From an uncultured Candidatus Binatia bacterium (GTDB lineage: Bacteria > Desulfobacterota > Binatia > Bin18), in NCBI GenBank assembly GCA_965200965.1, contig OZ241744.1:3200001-3264000 (forward strand): 64,000 nucleotides of DNA, in the 5' to 3' direction. The translations under genes and the position numbers were made by a program. Each line of letters starts with the position of its first letter. Within the stretch, counting starts at the first letter, position 1. Below the pieces are notes generated by a model that was not told the DNA's origin, did no database searches, and worked only from the letters and a program-made list of their open reading frames with translations. Shown piece by piece: positions 27,790-37,846 of the stretch.

Positions 27790-29055
27790 GTGCATTACGA
27801 ACTCTTTATCAGTGTCCGTTATCTGCGTGCCAAGCGGCGTGAGATATTCATTTCTCTGATTACAACGATATCGACTCTCGGGGTCTTGATTGGGGTGATG
27901 GTGCTCAATGTCACCCTGGCCATTATGACCGGGTTTGAAGAAGATTTGCGGAGTCGGATTCTGGGCTTTAATCCGCATATCCTGCTGTCCAGCCTGGACG
28001 GTCCCTTAGACGCCTATGAGCCGGTGATGGAACAGGTACGCCAGATGCCGGGGATCGCTGCCGCGGCACCCTTTCTCTACGGCCAGGTGATGGTCAGTTC
28101 ACAGCGTGGAGTATCTGGGGTTGCGGTGCGTGGGGTCGAGCCTGCCCTGGCCAGCGCGGTGGTCAATATCACAAATCATATCAAAGAGGGGGATCTGGCC
28201 CAGCTCGGCCAAAAGCAGGTGGTGAGCATTCGCAATGGCGCGACCCGGCACAGCGTTGAACTGCCAGGGATTGTGATCGGTGGGGAGCTGGCCGATCAGC
28301 TCGGCCTCTTACTCGGCGACCCGATTACCCTGATCTCTCCCATTGGCGGCACCCCGGGACCGCTCGGCATGGCACCTCGCTTCAAACGCTTTGTGGTGGT
28401 CGGCCTGTTTGATTCCGGCATGGTCGAGTACGATAGGGGCCTGTTATACATGGCCCTCCAGGATGCCCAGCAGTTCTTCAAACTTGACCGTCAGGTGTCT
28501 GGGCTTGAGATTCGGCTCCAGGAAGTCTACGAGGCGCGGCCGATTGCCCGCCAGATTGAGGACCTGCTCGGTTTTCCCTACAAAGCCCGCGACTGGACCG
28601 AAATCAACCGTAACCTGTTTGCGGCCCTGAGCCTGGAAAAATTTGTGTATTCGATTGTGCTTTTGCTGATCGTGCTGGTTGCCGCGTTTAACATCATTGC
28701 GACCCTGATCATGGTTGTGACGGAAAAACGCAAAGATATTGCACTGTTGAAGTCGATGGGCGCTTCGGATGCGGCGATCGGTTGGATTTTCGTCTACAAA
28801 GGGCTGATTATTGGACTGATTGGGACGCTGTTGGGGACGCTGACCGGTTTTATCCTGTGCTGGTTGCTCCAGCGTTATGAGTTTATCGAGCTCCCGCCCG
28901 ATGTGTGGTACGTTTCGACCGTCCCGATCAAGATGTCTGTCTCCAATTTTCTGATCGTCGGCTTGGCATCTCTCGCTATCTGCCTGGCGGCTACGATTTA
29001 TCCCGCCCGTCAGGCGGCCCATTTAGCGCCGGTTGAAGTCATCCGTTACGAATAG
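27790..29055 (+). CDS. lolE: Lipoprotein-releasing ABC transporter permease LolC/E
   Basis: RYLRAKR..FISLI, IMTGFEEDL, LIVLVAAFNI, EKRKDIALLKSMGA, PVEVIRYE. Confidence 0.94.
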   Translation: MHYELFISVRYLRAKRREIFISLITTISTLGVLIGVMVLNVTLAIMTGFEEDLRSRILGFNPHILLSSLDGPLDAYEPVMEQVRQMPGIAAAAPFLYGQVMVSSQRGVSGVAVRGVEPALASAVVNITNHIKEGDLAQLGQKQVVSIRNGATRHSVELPGIVIGGELADQLGLLLGDPITLISPIGGTPGPLGMAPRFKRFVVVGLFDSGMVEYDRGLLYMALQDAQQFFKLDRQVSGLEIRLQEVYEARPIARQIEDLLGFPYKARDWTEINRNLFAALSLEKFVYSIVLLLIVLVAAFNIIATLIMVVTEKRKDIALLKSMGASDAAIGWIFVYKGLIIGLIGTLLGTLTGFILCWLLQRYEFIELPPDVWYVSTVPIKMSVSNFLIVGLASLAICLAATIYPARQAAHLAPVEVIRYE

Positions 29056-29062
29056 AGGGCAT

Positions 29063-29791
29063 GTGGCGCAGGTTTTGATTCGAGCCGAACAGCTCGGCAA
29101 ACACTACGGCGAGGAGGAGCAAACGATACAGGTCTTCAGCGGCCTGAACCTCGCCATCCGGCGGGCGGAACGCATCGCTATTATTGGCGAGTCCGGGGTT
29201 GGCAAAAGTACCTTGCTGCATATCCTCGGCACGCTTGATCGGCCCAGCGTAGGCAAGGTGTGGCTGGACGGCCAGGACGTTTTTGCCCTGCCGAGCGAGG
29301 AGTTGGCTGTCCTGCGCAACCGGGAAATCGGGTTTATTTTCCAATTCCACCATTTGCTGTCCGATTTCAGCGCAGTTGAGAACGTGATGTTGCCCGGACT
29401 GATCGCCCGAGTCCATCGCTCCGAGGCTAGCCGGCGGTCGATTGAGATTCTTGAGCAGGTCGGGCTCAAGGATCGGCTGACGCACCGGCCTGGAGAACTG
29501 TCCGGGGGCGAACAGCAGCGGGTTGCGGTGGCGCGGGCGCTGGTGTTGCAACCCCGTCTGGTGCTGGCCGATGAGCCAACCGGAAACCTTGATCCCGGGA
29601 CGGGGGAAGGTGTCCTGCAACTGTTGCTCAATTTTAATCGGGCCATGAATATCACCGTGGTGATTGTTACCCACAACGAAAAAGTGGCCTCGTGTATGAG
29701 TCGGACGCTCCGGCTCGAGGCGGGCCAACTGCACGAACTCCCACCCCAGGCCGGGGTGAACGCGGTCTCGGATGGCTCACAGTCGGGCTGA
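29063..29791 (+). CDS. lolD: Lipoprotein-releasing ABC transporter ATPase
   Basis: GESGVGKST, IGFIFQFHHLL, LSGGEQQRVA, LADEPTGNLD; GTG start at 29063. Confidence 0.95.
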   Translation: MAQVLIRAEQLGKHYGEEEQTIQVFSGLNLAIRRAERIAIIGESGVGKSTLLHILGTLDRPSVGKVWLDGQDVFALPSEELAVLRNREIGFIFQFHHLLSDFSAVENVMLPGLIARVHRSEASRRSIEILEQVGLKDRLTHRPGELSGGEQQRVAVARALVLQPRLVLADEPTGNLDPGTGEGVLQLLLNFNRAMNITVVIVTHNEKVASCMSRTLRLEAGQLHELPPQAGVNAVSDGSQSG

Positions 29792-29851
29792 ACGGCTTTA
29801 CAATCTAGGGGGATTTTGTTATGAGGAGTCCGGGTGGGGAGAGGTGCGCCA

Positions 29852-32362
29852 ATGCGGGGAATAGTGAGAACACGGTGGCTGGTCGTGGCCCTCGGTGTGG
29901 CCCTGCTCGGCCTTCCTGGTCAGGGACGGGGGGATACGTCAGCGACGGGTCAGCCGCACAGCTCAGCCGCACAGCCCCCGCCCCCTCCTCAACAGACGAT
30001 TCTGAGCGAAATTGCTATCGGCGGGAATGAGCAGGTCGATACTGAGGCGATCCGTATCCGTTTATCATCCCGGCCCGGCCAGCCGCTCAACCCTGAGACG
30101 GTTGATACGGATATTCGATCGATCTACGAGATGGGCTTCTTCAAGAATATTGAGGCCCGTCTGGACGAGCACGACGGCCAACAGGTGTTGACGTACTGGG
30201 TGCGGGAACGTCCGCTTATCCGTCAAGTCCGGGTGGAAGGGCATAAGAAAGTCAGCCAGGAAGAGATCTTGACGGCGCTGAAAATCCATCCCCGGACCAT
30301 TCTGAATCCAGTCAGAATTCGCAGCGGGATTCTCGAGGTAAAAGCCCTGTACGAGGAAAAAGGGTATCTGGATGCGGATATTTCGTACCGGACCGAATCG
30401 ACCGTCAACGGCGAGACGATTGTCTCTTTTACGATTTCTGAGAACACAAAAACGAGTGTGGTTGATATTGTTTTTGAGGGCAACCAGGCTTTCTCTGGCA
30501 AGATTCTGGCCGGCTTTATGCAGACCAGGAAGAAGAACTGGTTGTCCCGTTTTTTGCCGTTTGGAGTCCTGAGCAATGAAGCGCTCAGGACCGATGTCGA
30601 ACGCCTCACGGCGTGGTATTACGACAATGGGTATATCAATGTCCGTATTGATGAGCCCGAGGTGACACACCGTGAAGATGGCTTGATCGTCACTATCCGC
30701 CTTGAGGAAGGGCCCAAGTACAAGGTCGGTGAGGTCCGTGTTGTGGGTGATGTCGTGGGCGGTGAAGCCGCGGCAAAACAGGCCTTGACCCTGCGATCAA
30801 AGCGGACGTTTAAGGCCAGCGTCCTGCGCGATGACGTGTTTAACCTGACCGGGTATTTCAGTGACCAGGGCTACGCTTTTGTCAACGTTGAGCCGGAAAC
30901 CGATGTCCAGCCCGACGAGAAGCTCGTGCATGTCTCCTACCGGGTGAATAAAGGCCCCGAGGTCTACATTGACCAGATTGCTATTGCCGGCAACAGCAAG
31001 ACCCGGGACAAAGTCATTCGGCGCGAACTGTCGATTGTTGAGCAAAGTCTGTTTGCCGCCTCAGCTCTTCAGTTCAGCCGCGACCGGGTGAGGCGGCTGG
31101 GACTGTTTGACGATGTCAATCTCACCACCCAGCGGGGTAAACGAAAAGATCTGCTGAATGTGCTCGTTGATGTCAAAGAAGCCCAGACCGGCTCGTTCAG
31201 CATAGGAGCCGGGTTTAACTCGGCAACCAGCGTAGTCGGGAATGCCCGGATTCAGGAAAACAACCTCATGGGGCGTGGCCAGCGGCTCATTGTGGGGGGC
31301 AGTATCGGAACCCGGTATCGGAATACACAGGTGAATTTCATGGACCCGTATTTCATGGATTCCCACCTGCGGCTTGGGCTGGAGTTGTTTGACTGGCGGT
31401 TTATCTTTGAGGATTTTGACCGCTCAGGAACCGGCGGAGGCTTCCGACTGTTCTATCCCCTGACTGCTCTAGGCTATAGCTCGGTCTGGGGCTACTCCTT
31501 GAGTGATGTGGAGGTTGGTTTCCAGTATCAGTGGGAACGGTCACGTATTAGCAACTTTGATCCGATTACGCCGGATGCTGTCCGCTCCGAGCGGGGGGCG
31601 CAAACCGCCTCGTTGATCTCGCCGGTGCTCATGCGGGATACCCTTGACCACCCCTTTGAGCCGACAGCCGGCTCACTGCAACAAATCTCCTTCTCTTATG
31701 CCGGACCCGGCGGGAGCGCCGATTACACCAAGATTGAGCTTGAGGGGCGCTACTTTTTGCCCGTTTGGCGTGGCCGCCGCTTTGGCCAGTTTACCCTGAT
31801 GACCGGCGGCGTCTTCGGCTATGGCATGGGCGATATCGACTTTACTGAAAATCGTCACATTGCGACTCAACGCACGCGCATCCTCAAGGATGATGTACCC
31901 CTGTTTGATCGCTACTTCCCGGGCGGAATAAACTCGATCCGGGGCTTTGGCGAGCGCAGCCTTGGCCCTCGTGAAGAAGTGGTGGTCGTGGTGAGTGACG
32001 GTGGCTCGCCTGATGGGCGAAAAGCACGCACCTACCATCGTCCCATCGGCGGCAGCCACCAACTGATTATTAACAATGAGCTCCTCGTCCCGCTTGTCCC
32101 TGCCCTCAACCTCAAAGGGGTGTTGTTCAACGATATTGGAAACGCTTTTACTAACATCCAAGGCATTGACCTCGGCGATTTACGCTATTCTGTCGGAGCC
32201 GGGGTGCGCTGGAAATCGCCGTTTGGTCCGATTCGCATTGAGTTGGGAAGACCGCTGAATGCCAAGAAGGATGAGCGTACCAGTAGCGTTCACTTTTCGT
32301 TTGGTGGTTTTGGCGGTATCGGCCAGGGCGGTGGAGGCAACCGTTTTAGTTCGCTGTTCTAG
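29852..32362 (+). CDS. bamA: Outer-membrane protein assembly factor
   Basis: Signal peptide, POTRA repeats (GNSKTRDKVIRRE), IRGF loop-6 motif, GVRWKSPFGPIR. Confidence 0.96.
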   Translation: MRGIVRTRWLVVALGVALLGLPGQGRGDTSATGQPHSSAAQPPPPPQQTILSEIAIGGNEQVDTEAIRIRLSSRPGQPLNPETVDTDIRSIYEMGFFKNIEARLDEHDGQQVLTYWVRERPLIRQVRVEGHKKVSQEEILTALKIHPRTILNPVRIRSGILEVKALYEEKGYLDADISYRTESTVNGETIVSFTISENTKTSVVDIVFEGNQAFSGKILAGFMQTRKKNWLSRFLPFGVLSNEALRTDVERLTAWYYDNGYINVRIDEPEVTHREDGLIVTIRLEEGPKYKVGEVRVVGDVVGGEAAAKQALTLRSKRTFKASVLRDDVFNLTGYFSDQGYAFVNVEPETDVQPDEKLVHVSYRVNKGPEVYIDQIAIAGNSKTRDKVIRRELSIVEQSLFAASALQFSRDRVRRLGLFDDVNLTTQRGKRKDLLNVLVDVKEAQTGSFSIGAGFNSATSVVGNARIQENNLMGRGQRLIVGGSIGTRYRNTQVNFMDPYFMDSHLRLGLELFDWRFIFEDFDRSGTGGGFRLFYPLTALGYSSVWGYSLSDVEVGFQYQWERSRISNFDPITPDAVRSERGAQTASLISPVLMRDTLDHPFEPTAGSLQQISFSYAGPGGSADYTKIELEGRYFLPVWRGRRFGQFTLMTGGVFGYGMGDIDFTENRHIATQRTRILKDDVPLFDRYFPGGINSIRGFGERSLGPREEVVVVVSDGGSPDGRKARTYHRPIGGSHQLIINNELLVPLVPALNLKGVLFNDIGNAFTNIQGIDLGDLRYSVGAGVRWKSPFGPIRIELGRPLNAKKDERTSSVHFSFGGFGGIGQGGGGNRFSSLF

Positions 32363-32389
32363 CCCTCACATGTGCAACTCCTCGCTTAT

Positions 32390-32863
32390 ATGGATACCAC
32401 CGTTACGGCCCTGCTGCCCCACCGCTACCCTTTCTTGCTTGTCGATAGGGTCGTGGAGATTGTCGCTGCTGAGCGGATTGCGGCGCTCAAAAACGTGACC
32501 ATCAACGAGCCTTTTTTCCCCGGCCATTTCCCCGACTATCCCGTTATGCCTGGAGTCTTGCTGTGTGAAGCCGTTGTCCAGGCCGGAGGCATTCTGGTCT
32601 GTTCGTCCACGCCGGAAAGTGGTCGGCCCCAACACGCGCTGCTGACAGCGCTTGACAAGGCACGCTTTCGGCGGCAAGTCACCCCGGGCGATCAGCTCCG
32701 TTTGGAGGCAGAGACCATCTACCGGCGGGGAAAATTCTGGAAGATGCGTGGCACCGCATCAGTGGACAATACGGTGGTGGCCGAACTCGAGTTTACGCTT
32801 GCCGAGGCCGACCCCCAGGACGGCCGCCAAGCTGCCCGGCGAAAAGATGAAGAGCGACCATGA
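32390..32863 (+). CDS. fabZ: 3-hydroxyacyl-ACP dehydratase
   Basis: LPHRYPFLLVDR, KNVTINEPFFPGHFP..PVMPGVL; start could alternatively be GTG 32372. Confidence 0.97.
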   Translation: MDTTVTALLPHRYPFLLVDRVVEIVAAERIAALKNVTINEPFFPGHFPDYPVMPGVLLCEAVVQAGGILVCSSTPESGRPQHALLTALDKARFRRQVTPGDQLRLEAETIYRRGKFWKMRGTASVDNTVVAELEFTLAEADPQDGRQAARRKDEERP

Positions 32864-33687
32864 CGGCAGCCACGCACATACACCTCTCGGCAGTCGTTGC
32901 GCCGGGTGCCGAGCTCGACAGCGGGGTCAAGGTTGGGCCGTATGCGGTCGTTGGGCCCCACGTCAGGCTCGGGCGGGAAACCCAGGTCGGTCCGCACGCT
33001 GTTATTGAGGGCCGGACGACAATCGGACGGCAGAACCATATTTTTCAGTTTGCCAGTATCGGGGCAACTCCCCAGGATAAAAAGTACGCCGGCGAAGACA
33101 GTCGGCTGATTATTGGCGACTACAATACCATTCGGGAGTTCGCTACTCTCCAACCCGGCACGGCCGGAGGCGGCATGGTCACCCGGGTCGGCGACCATAA
33201 TCTGTTTATGGTCTATTCACACATTGCCCACGATTGCACGCTGGGCAACTATATTGTGATGGCCAACAGCGCCAATTTGGGCGGCCATGTGACGCTTGAA
33301 GACTGTGTGGTGGTGGGTGCTCTGGTCGGCATCCATCAATTCGCCCGGATTGGTGAATCGGCGATTGTCGGTGCCGGTGCCATGGTCTCTCTCGATGTTC
33401 CGCCGTACTGCATGGCACAGGGGGACCGGGCCTATCTGTTCGGCCTGAACCTGATCGGGCTCAAACGGCGTGGTTTTACGATCTCCCAGTTGGAGATACT
33501 GAAAAAAGCCTATCGGACCCTGTTTGCCGAGGGCGAACCGCTCAAACAGGCTCTCGCCCGCGTCAGTCAGGAGTATAGTGGCTGTCCCGAGGTCGCTCAC
33601 CTCGTGGAGTTTATCTCGCACTCCCAGCGCGGGATTTGCCGGCCGCGGAGTTGGGTGTCTGCCGACACCGACGAGGCTTCCGCTTAG
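32860..33687 (+). CDS. lpxA: UDP-N-acetylglucosamine acyltransferase
   Basis: Hexapeptide repeats, PQDKKY, IREF, HIAHDC, HQF, GLNLIGLKRRGF. Confidence 0.97.
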   Translation: MTAATHIHLSAVVAPGAELDSGVKVGPYAVVGPHVRLGRETQVGPHAVIEGRTTIGRQNHIFQFASIGATPQDKKYAGEDSRLIIGDYNTIREFATLQPGTAGGGMVTRVGDHNLFMVYSHIAHDCTLGNYIVMANSANLGGHVTLEDCVVVGALVGIHQFARIGESAIVGAGAMVSLDVPPYCMAQGDRAYLFGLNLIGLKRRGFTISQLEILKKAYRTLFAEGEPLKQALARVSQEYSGCPEVAHLVEFISHSQRGICRPRSWVSADTDEASA

Positions 33688-33716
33688 GGTCCGGCAGACT
33701 CTCGCTGGCAGACAGG

Positions 33717-34553
33717 ATGGCTCAATTAGCACTGATTGCCGGTAACGGCCGCTTTCCCATCCTCTTTGTTGAGGCGGCCCGCGCCCAAGGGCTCGACATT
33801 GTGGCGGTCGCCCATCAGGGCGAGACACTGGAGACGCTCAATGACTTGGTGTCTGATCTGCGCTGGGTTCGGGTTGGAGAACTGGGTAAAATTATCGACA
33901 TCTTCAAGGCCGCCGGCGTTACCCAAGCTGTCATGGCTGGCGGGATCCACAAATCCGGAGCGCTGACCAATATCCAACCCGACGCGCGCGGCTTGGCGTT
34001 CATCAGTCGGCTGCCGAGTCTGAAGGACGATGTGATCCTGCGTGGCATTGCCCAAGAGTTGGAAAGCGAGGGCATCAGGGTAGTGGAATCCACCCGCCTG
34101 CTGCCCGACCTGGTTCCCCAGCCGGGAGTGCTCACCCAAGCCGCTCCAGATGACAAGCAGTGGCAGGACCTCCGGCTGGGGGCCGAGGTGGCCAAGGAAA
34201 TTGGCCGCTGGGACATTGGCCAGAGCGTAGTGGTCAAGCATGGCACGGTGTTTGCCGTCGAAGGGCCAGAGGGAACCAATGCCACGATTCGGCGCGCTGG
34301 AGAGCTGGGTGGACCGGGACTGGTGATTGTCAAAGTGAGTAAACCCCACCAGGATTTGCGCTTTGATGTGCCAACGGTTGGACCGGAGACGATTCAAGAG
34401 ATGCGGGCCGTCGAGGCTCGTGTGCTTGCCGTCGAGGCCGAGACCACATTGATTGTGGACAGACCCGCGGTTGTCCGCCAAGCTGATGCCGCGGGGCTGT
34501 GCGTGGTGGCCATCGCAAGGCCCAAAACAGACCGGGGTTTTCGTGCCACATAA
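33717..34553 (+). CDS. lpxI: UDP-2,3-diacylglucosamine diphosphatase LpxI
   Basis: LIAGNGRFP, DIGQSVVV, AVEGPEGT, KPHQDLRFDVPTVG. Confidence 0.94.
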   Translation: MAQLALIAGNGRFPILFVEAARAQGLDIVAVAHQGETLETLNDLVSDLRWVRVGELGKIIDIFKAAGVTQAVMAGGIHKSGALTNIQPDARGLAFISRLPSLKDDVILRGIAQELESEGIRVVESTRLLPDLVPQPGVLTQAAPDDKQWQDLRLGAEVAKEIGRWDIGQSVVVKHGTVFAVEGPEGTNATIRRAGELGGPGLVIVKVSKPHQDLRFDVPTVGPETIQEMRAVEARVLAVEAETTLIVDRPAVVRQADAAGLCVVAIARPKTDRGFRAT

Positions 34554-34574
34554 GGGTTCAGGGAGGGGCGGAAA

Positions 34575-37500
34575 ATGACACATATCCTGCGCCGATTCAG
34601 CGCCGTGCTCTTGTGGAGTGGGCTGGTGTTTGTTTTGCCCCGCAGTGGCCTGACCGCTATTGAATTCTCCTTTGAAAACCCGGCGCAGGCCCAAGTCATC
34701 AGCGGGGTGAGCGTGATATCGGGCTGGGCTTTCTCGACCGTGCCGGGCGCGTCGGTCACTGTCCGTTTACGTATTGATGCTGGAGAAGCCAGTCGGCTCC
34801 CGTGCTGTTCCGAACGGGGGGATGTGGTGGATGCCTATCCCGATCATCCCCAAGCCCTCCAGAGCGGATTTGGGCAGGTCTTTAATTTTGGTTTACTCGA
34901 ACAAGGTACGCATACCCTTACCCTTGAGATTGAGGATACGACCGGCACCCGAGAGATACACGAGCACAGCATTGAAACCGTGAGGCCCGGTGGGTTTGAA
35001 TTTCTCAGTCCGCTTGATCTCACCCAGGCCGAGGCAGAACTGAGCGAAGACAAACAGCAGATTGTGATCGAAAGCGCGGTCGCCCGGGATAAAGCCAGCG
35101 GCGCGTCCGAGGAAGTCCGCTTCAACTTGGCTTGGCAGGAAAACCTCCAGGCAATGGGTATTGTCGCCTCGCAAAACACAAGCGAGCAAGTCACCTCTGC
35201 TGCTGTACAAAGCACGGCCCTCCAGGCTGTTCAGGTGGCTACCGAGGACCGGGCTGCTGAGCGTATGCAGGTGGATGCCGAGGGCCAGGCTGCCCAGCCC
35301 GATTGGGTGCAAAACCCGGCCCTCATTCGGATTGACCCGGTCAGTGGCAGTCGAACGATTGTGTCCGATGTGAACATCCCGACTGAAGAAGACCTGAGCG
35401 ATGCACAGACCGACCCTGGGCCGACTTGGCTTATCCCCCAAGGAGTCACGGTTGAGCCGGACGGCCAGATCGCCGTGACCGATTTTGGCCGCCAGGCTCT
35501 GGTCCGGGTTGATCCTGTGACCGGTCGACGACAAGTCGTGTCTCGAACCGGGCCAGCCTTTCTGCGGCCAAATGGGGTTGCGGCCTATGGCGAAGCGTCG
35601 GGCCTGGACAGCACGCTTGTGATTGCGGATTCCGGCCAATCAGGCATCATTGAAATGAATGACGACCGCCAGACCATTATCTCGGATATCGGGTTTGAGG
35701 GCGAACCGGTCAACCTGAGGGCACCGTTTGGTCTTGCGATTGAGCCCAATTGTACGCAAGAGGACTGTCGGATCGTGGTGGCCGATGCCGGCTTGGCGGC
35801 GATTGTGCGTCTTGATCGGGCCACCGAAGAGCGGACCATTATTTCAGATGAGGGCTGGATGACCCCGGTTGATATTGATGTCGCGCCTGACGGCCAGTTG
35901 GTCGTTGTTGATGTTGGTCTCAACGCTCTTGTCCGGGTCAATCCAGCAAACGGGAATCGGACGGTCGTGTCGGGTGCCGGGGCTGGCGGCGGTCCGCCTT
36001 TCAGCCGAGTCCGCGCCCTGGTCATTGAGTCCGATGGTCAGCTAGCGGTCCTGGATGAAGGCGCTCGGACCGTGTTCCGCGTTGATCCAGGCAACGGTGA
36101 GCGCAGCATCATCTCAGGGCCGGACACCGGTAGTGGGCCTGAATTGCGGCTGCCGGTTGATATCGCCGTCGAGTCCAACGGCCAGCTGATCGTCGTTGAT
36201 AGCGCGCCTCTGTCGTCCGTTCTTGAAAATCCGTCTGGAGATTTTGCCGGCGGTATCGGTTTGGTGTCAGGCTGGGCCTTCGCCAATGCTCCGGCGGCTA
36301 CGCCGAGCACCATCGAACTCAGGATTGACGACAACGCGCCCATAGATGTGCCGTGCTGTTCTTCTCGTGGGGATGTCCAGGCATTTTTCCCCGAGCGGCC
36401 GTGGGCACCTGAGAGCGGTTTTGGACTTGTCACCAACTTTAATCTCCTGCCCAGCGGGCCCCACATTTTTGAGTTGACCGTTGAGGACAAGAACGGCGCT
36501 TCACACACCCAGAGTCGCCTCGTGGAGACCGTGAGGCTGGGCGGCTCGGAGTTTCTGGACCGCTTTGACATGACAAACGCAGAAGTGAGCCTGTCTTCTG
36601 AAATCGTATTCATCGATCAGGTCAAGGTGCGAGACAAGGCCAGCCAACTCAGCCGTGATATCAACGCCAGTTTTATCTGGCAGGAGAGCTGTCAGTGTTT
36701 TGTTGTGCAGGGCGAATGTGGCAATGGGAGTGTCGAATCCAACGAAGAGTGCGACGGCGCGGCCTTTGGCGGACAAACCTGCCAGAGCTCAGGGTTTTCT
36801 GGTGGCAGCCTGAGCTGTGGTGCGAGGTGCAATCTTGACTTCAGCCAATGCACGGGGGGGAGGCCGGTTTTGGTTGCTAATAGCGGAGACAATACTGTTT
36901 CCGTGGTCAGCCCCACGACCTATGCGGAGGAACTCACCATACCTGTCGGCGAAAATCCCCGGGCAATAGCCGTCAGCCCGACCCACCCGGTCGCGTATGT
37001 GACCAACGCCGACAGTGCCTCTGTGTCGGTCATTGACCTCAACACCAGGACCGCCGTAGATGACATTGCCGTTGGCGGTACGCCCGTCGGCGTGGGCTTT
37101 GCGCCGGATGGCAAGTATGCCTATGTGGTCAACGCCGGCCACGGTCGGGTCAGTGTGATCAACACGGCGTCACGCGCCGTTGAGACATACATAGGCGTCG
37201 GCCATGAACCTCAGGAGATCGCCATCAATAGCGCCGGCACCCGGGCCTATGTCACAAACTATGGGGACGGGACCGTGTCGGTTCTTGACCTAGCGACACG
37301 CAAGCTGCTGAGCACGATCGACGTTGGCAACGAACCCAACGGTATTGCAGTCCGCCCGCACGCCGCGGAAGTGTATGTGGTCAACTTCGGGGATAACAGC
37401 GTCTCAATCATTAACACGAATACGGGCAGCGTCGTGCAGACCCTCACCAGAGAAGCGGATGAGGGCCGCATTGGACTCCTGCCCCAGAAGGTCGCGTTTT

Positions 37501-37799
37501 CGCCCGATGGACACAAGGCGTTTATCACCAACGCGCTTGACTATACGGTGTCAATTCTTGATGCGGTGACACGAACCAGCCTCGATAAGCTCTCTATCGC
37601 CAGACAGGGCTACAGCTCGGTGTACGACGAACCAAACGGCATCTTTATCCCTCCAAATGGACTGCGCTTCTATGTCTCGCTGTTCGGTCGGAGTGGACAG
37701 GGCAGATATCTCGGCGTGTATGGCGTGTTGAACCACCGGTTTGAGGCCTCCGTTCAGGTCGGGGATGGGCCGATCGGTCTGGCGGGTGGCCCGGGCTAG
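34575..37799 (+). CDS. Large secreted multidomain protein: duplicated unknown domain, NHL-like propeller, Cys-rich repeat, YVTN propeller
   Basis: Signal peptide; two copies of ENP..SGWAF..PCCS.RGDV..SGFG...NF.LL; repeated RVDPxxGxRxxxS blades; CGNGSVESNEECDG; YVTN/YVVN repeats. Confidence 0.88.
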   Translation: MTHILRRFSAVLLWSGLVFVLPRSGLTAIEFSFENPAQAQVISGVSVISGWAFSTVPGASVTVRLRIDAGEASRLPCCSERGDVVDAYPDHPQALQSGFGQVFNFGLLEQGTHTLTLEIEDTTGTREIHEHSIETVRPGGFEFLSPLDLTQAEAELSEDKQQIVIESAVARDKASGASEEVRFNLAWQENLQAMGIVASQNTSEQVTSAAVQSTALQAVQVATEDRAAERMQVDAEGQAAQPDWVQNPALIRIDPVSGSRTIVSDVNIPTEEDLSDAQTDPGPTWLIPQGVTVEPDGQIAVTDFGRQALVRVDPVTGRRQVVSRTGPAFLRPNGVAAYGEASGLDSTLVIADSGQSGIIEMNDDRQTIISDIGFEGEPVNLRAPFGLAIEPNCTQEDCRIVVADAGLAAIVRLDRATEERTIISDEGWMTPVDIDVAPDGQLVVVDVGLNALVRVNPANGNRTVVSGAGAGGGPPFSRVRALVIESDGQLAVLDEGARTVFRVDPGNGERSIISGPDTGSGPELRLPVDIAVESNGQLIVVDSAPLSSVLENPSGDFAGGIGLVSGWAFANAPAATPSTIELRIDDNAPIDVPCCSSRGDVQAFFPERPWAPESGFGLVTNFNLLPSGPHIFELTVEDKNGASHTQSRLVETVRLGGSEFLDRFDMTNAEVSLSSEIVFIDQVKVRDKASQLSRDINASFIWQESCQCFVVQGECGNGSVESNEECDGAAFGGQTCQSSGFSGGSLSCGARCNLDFSQCTGGRPVLVANSGDNTVSVVSPTTYAEELTIPVGENPRAIAVSPTHPVAYVTNADSASVSVIDLNTRTAVDDIAVGGTPVGVGFAPDGKYAYVVNAGHGRVSVINTASRAVETYIGVGHEPQEIAINSAGTRAYVTNYGDGTVSVLDLATRKLLSTIDVGNEPNGIAVRPHAAEVYVVNFGDNSVSIINTNTGSVVQTLTREADEGRIGLLPQKVAFSPDGHKAFITNALDYTVSILDAVTRTSLDKLSIARQGYSSVYDEPNGIFIPPNGLRFYVSLFGRSGQGRYLGVYGVLNHRFEASVQVGDGPIGLAGGPG

Positions 37800-37846
37800 A
37801 CGCGCTTGACTCCTGAGACAGAAAGTGGCACCTTCGCTTAGCTTGT

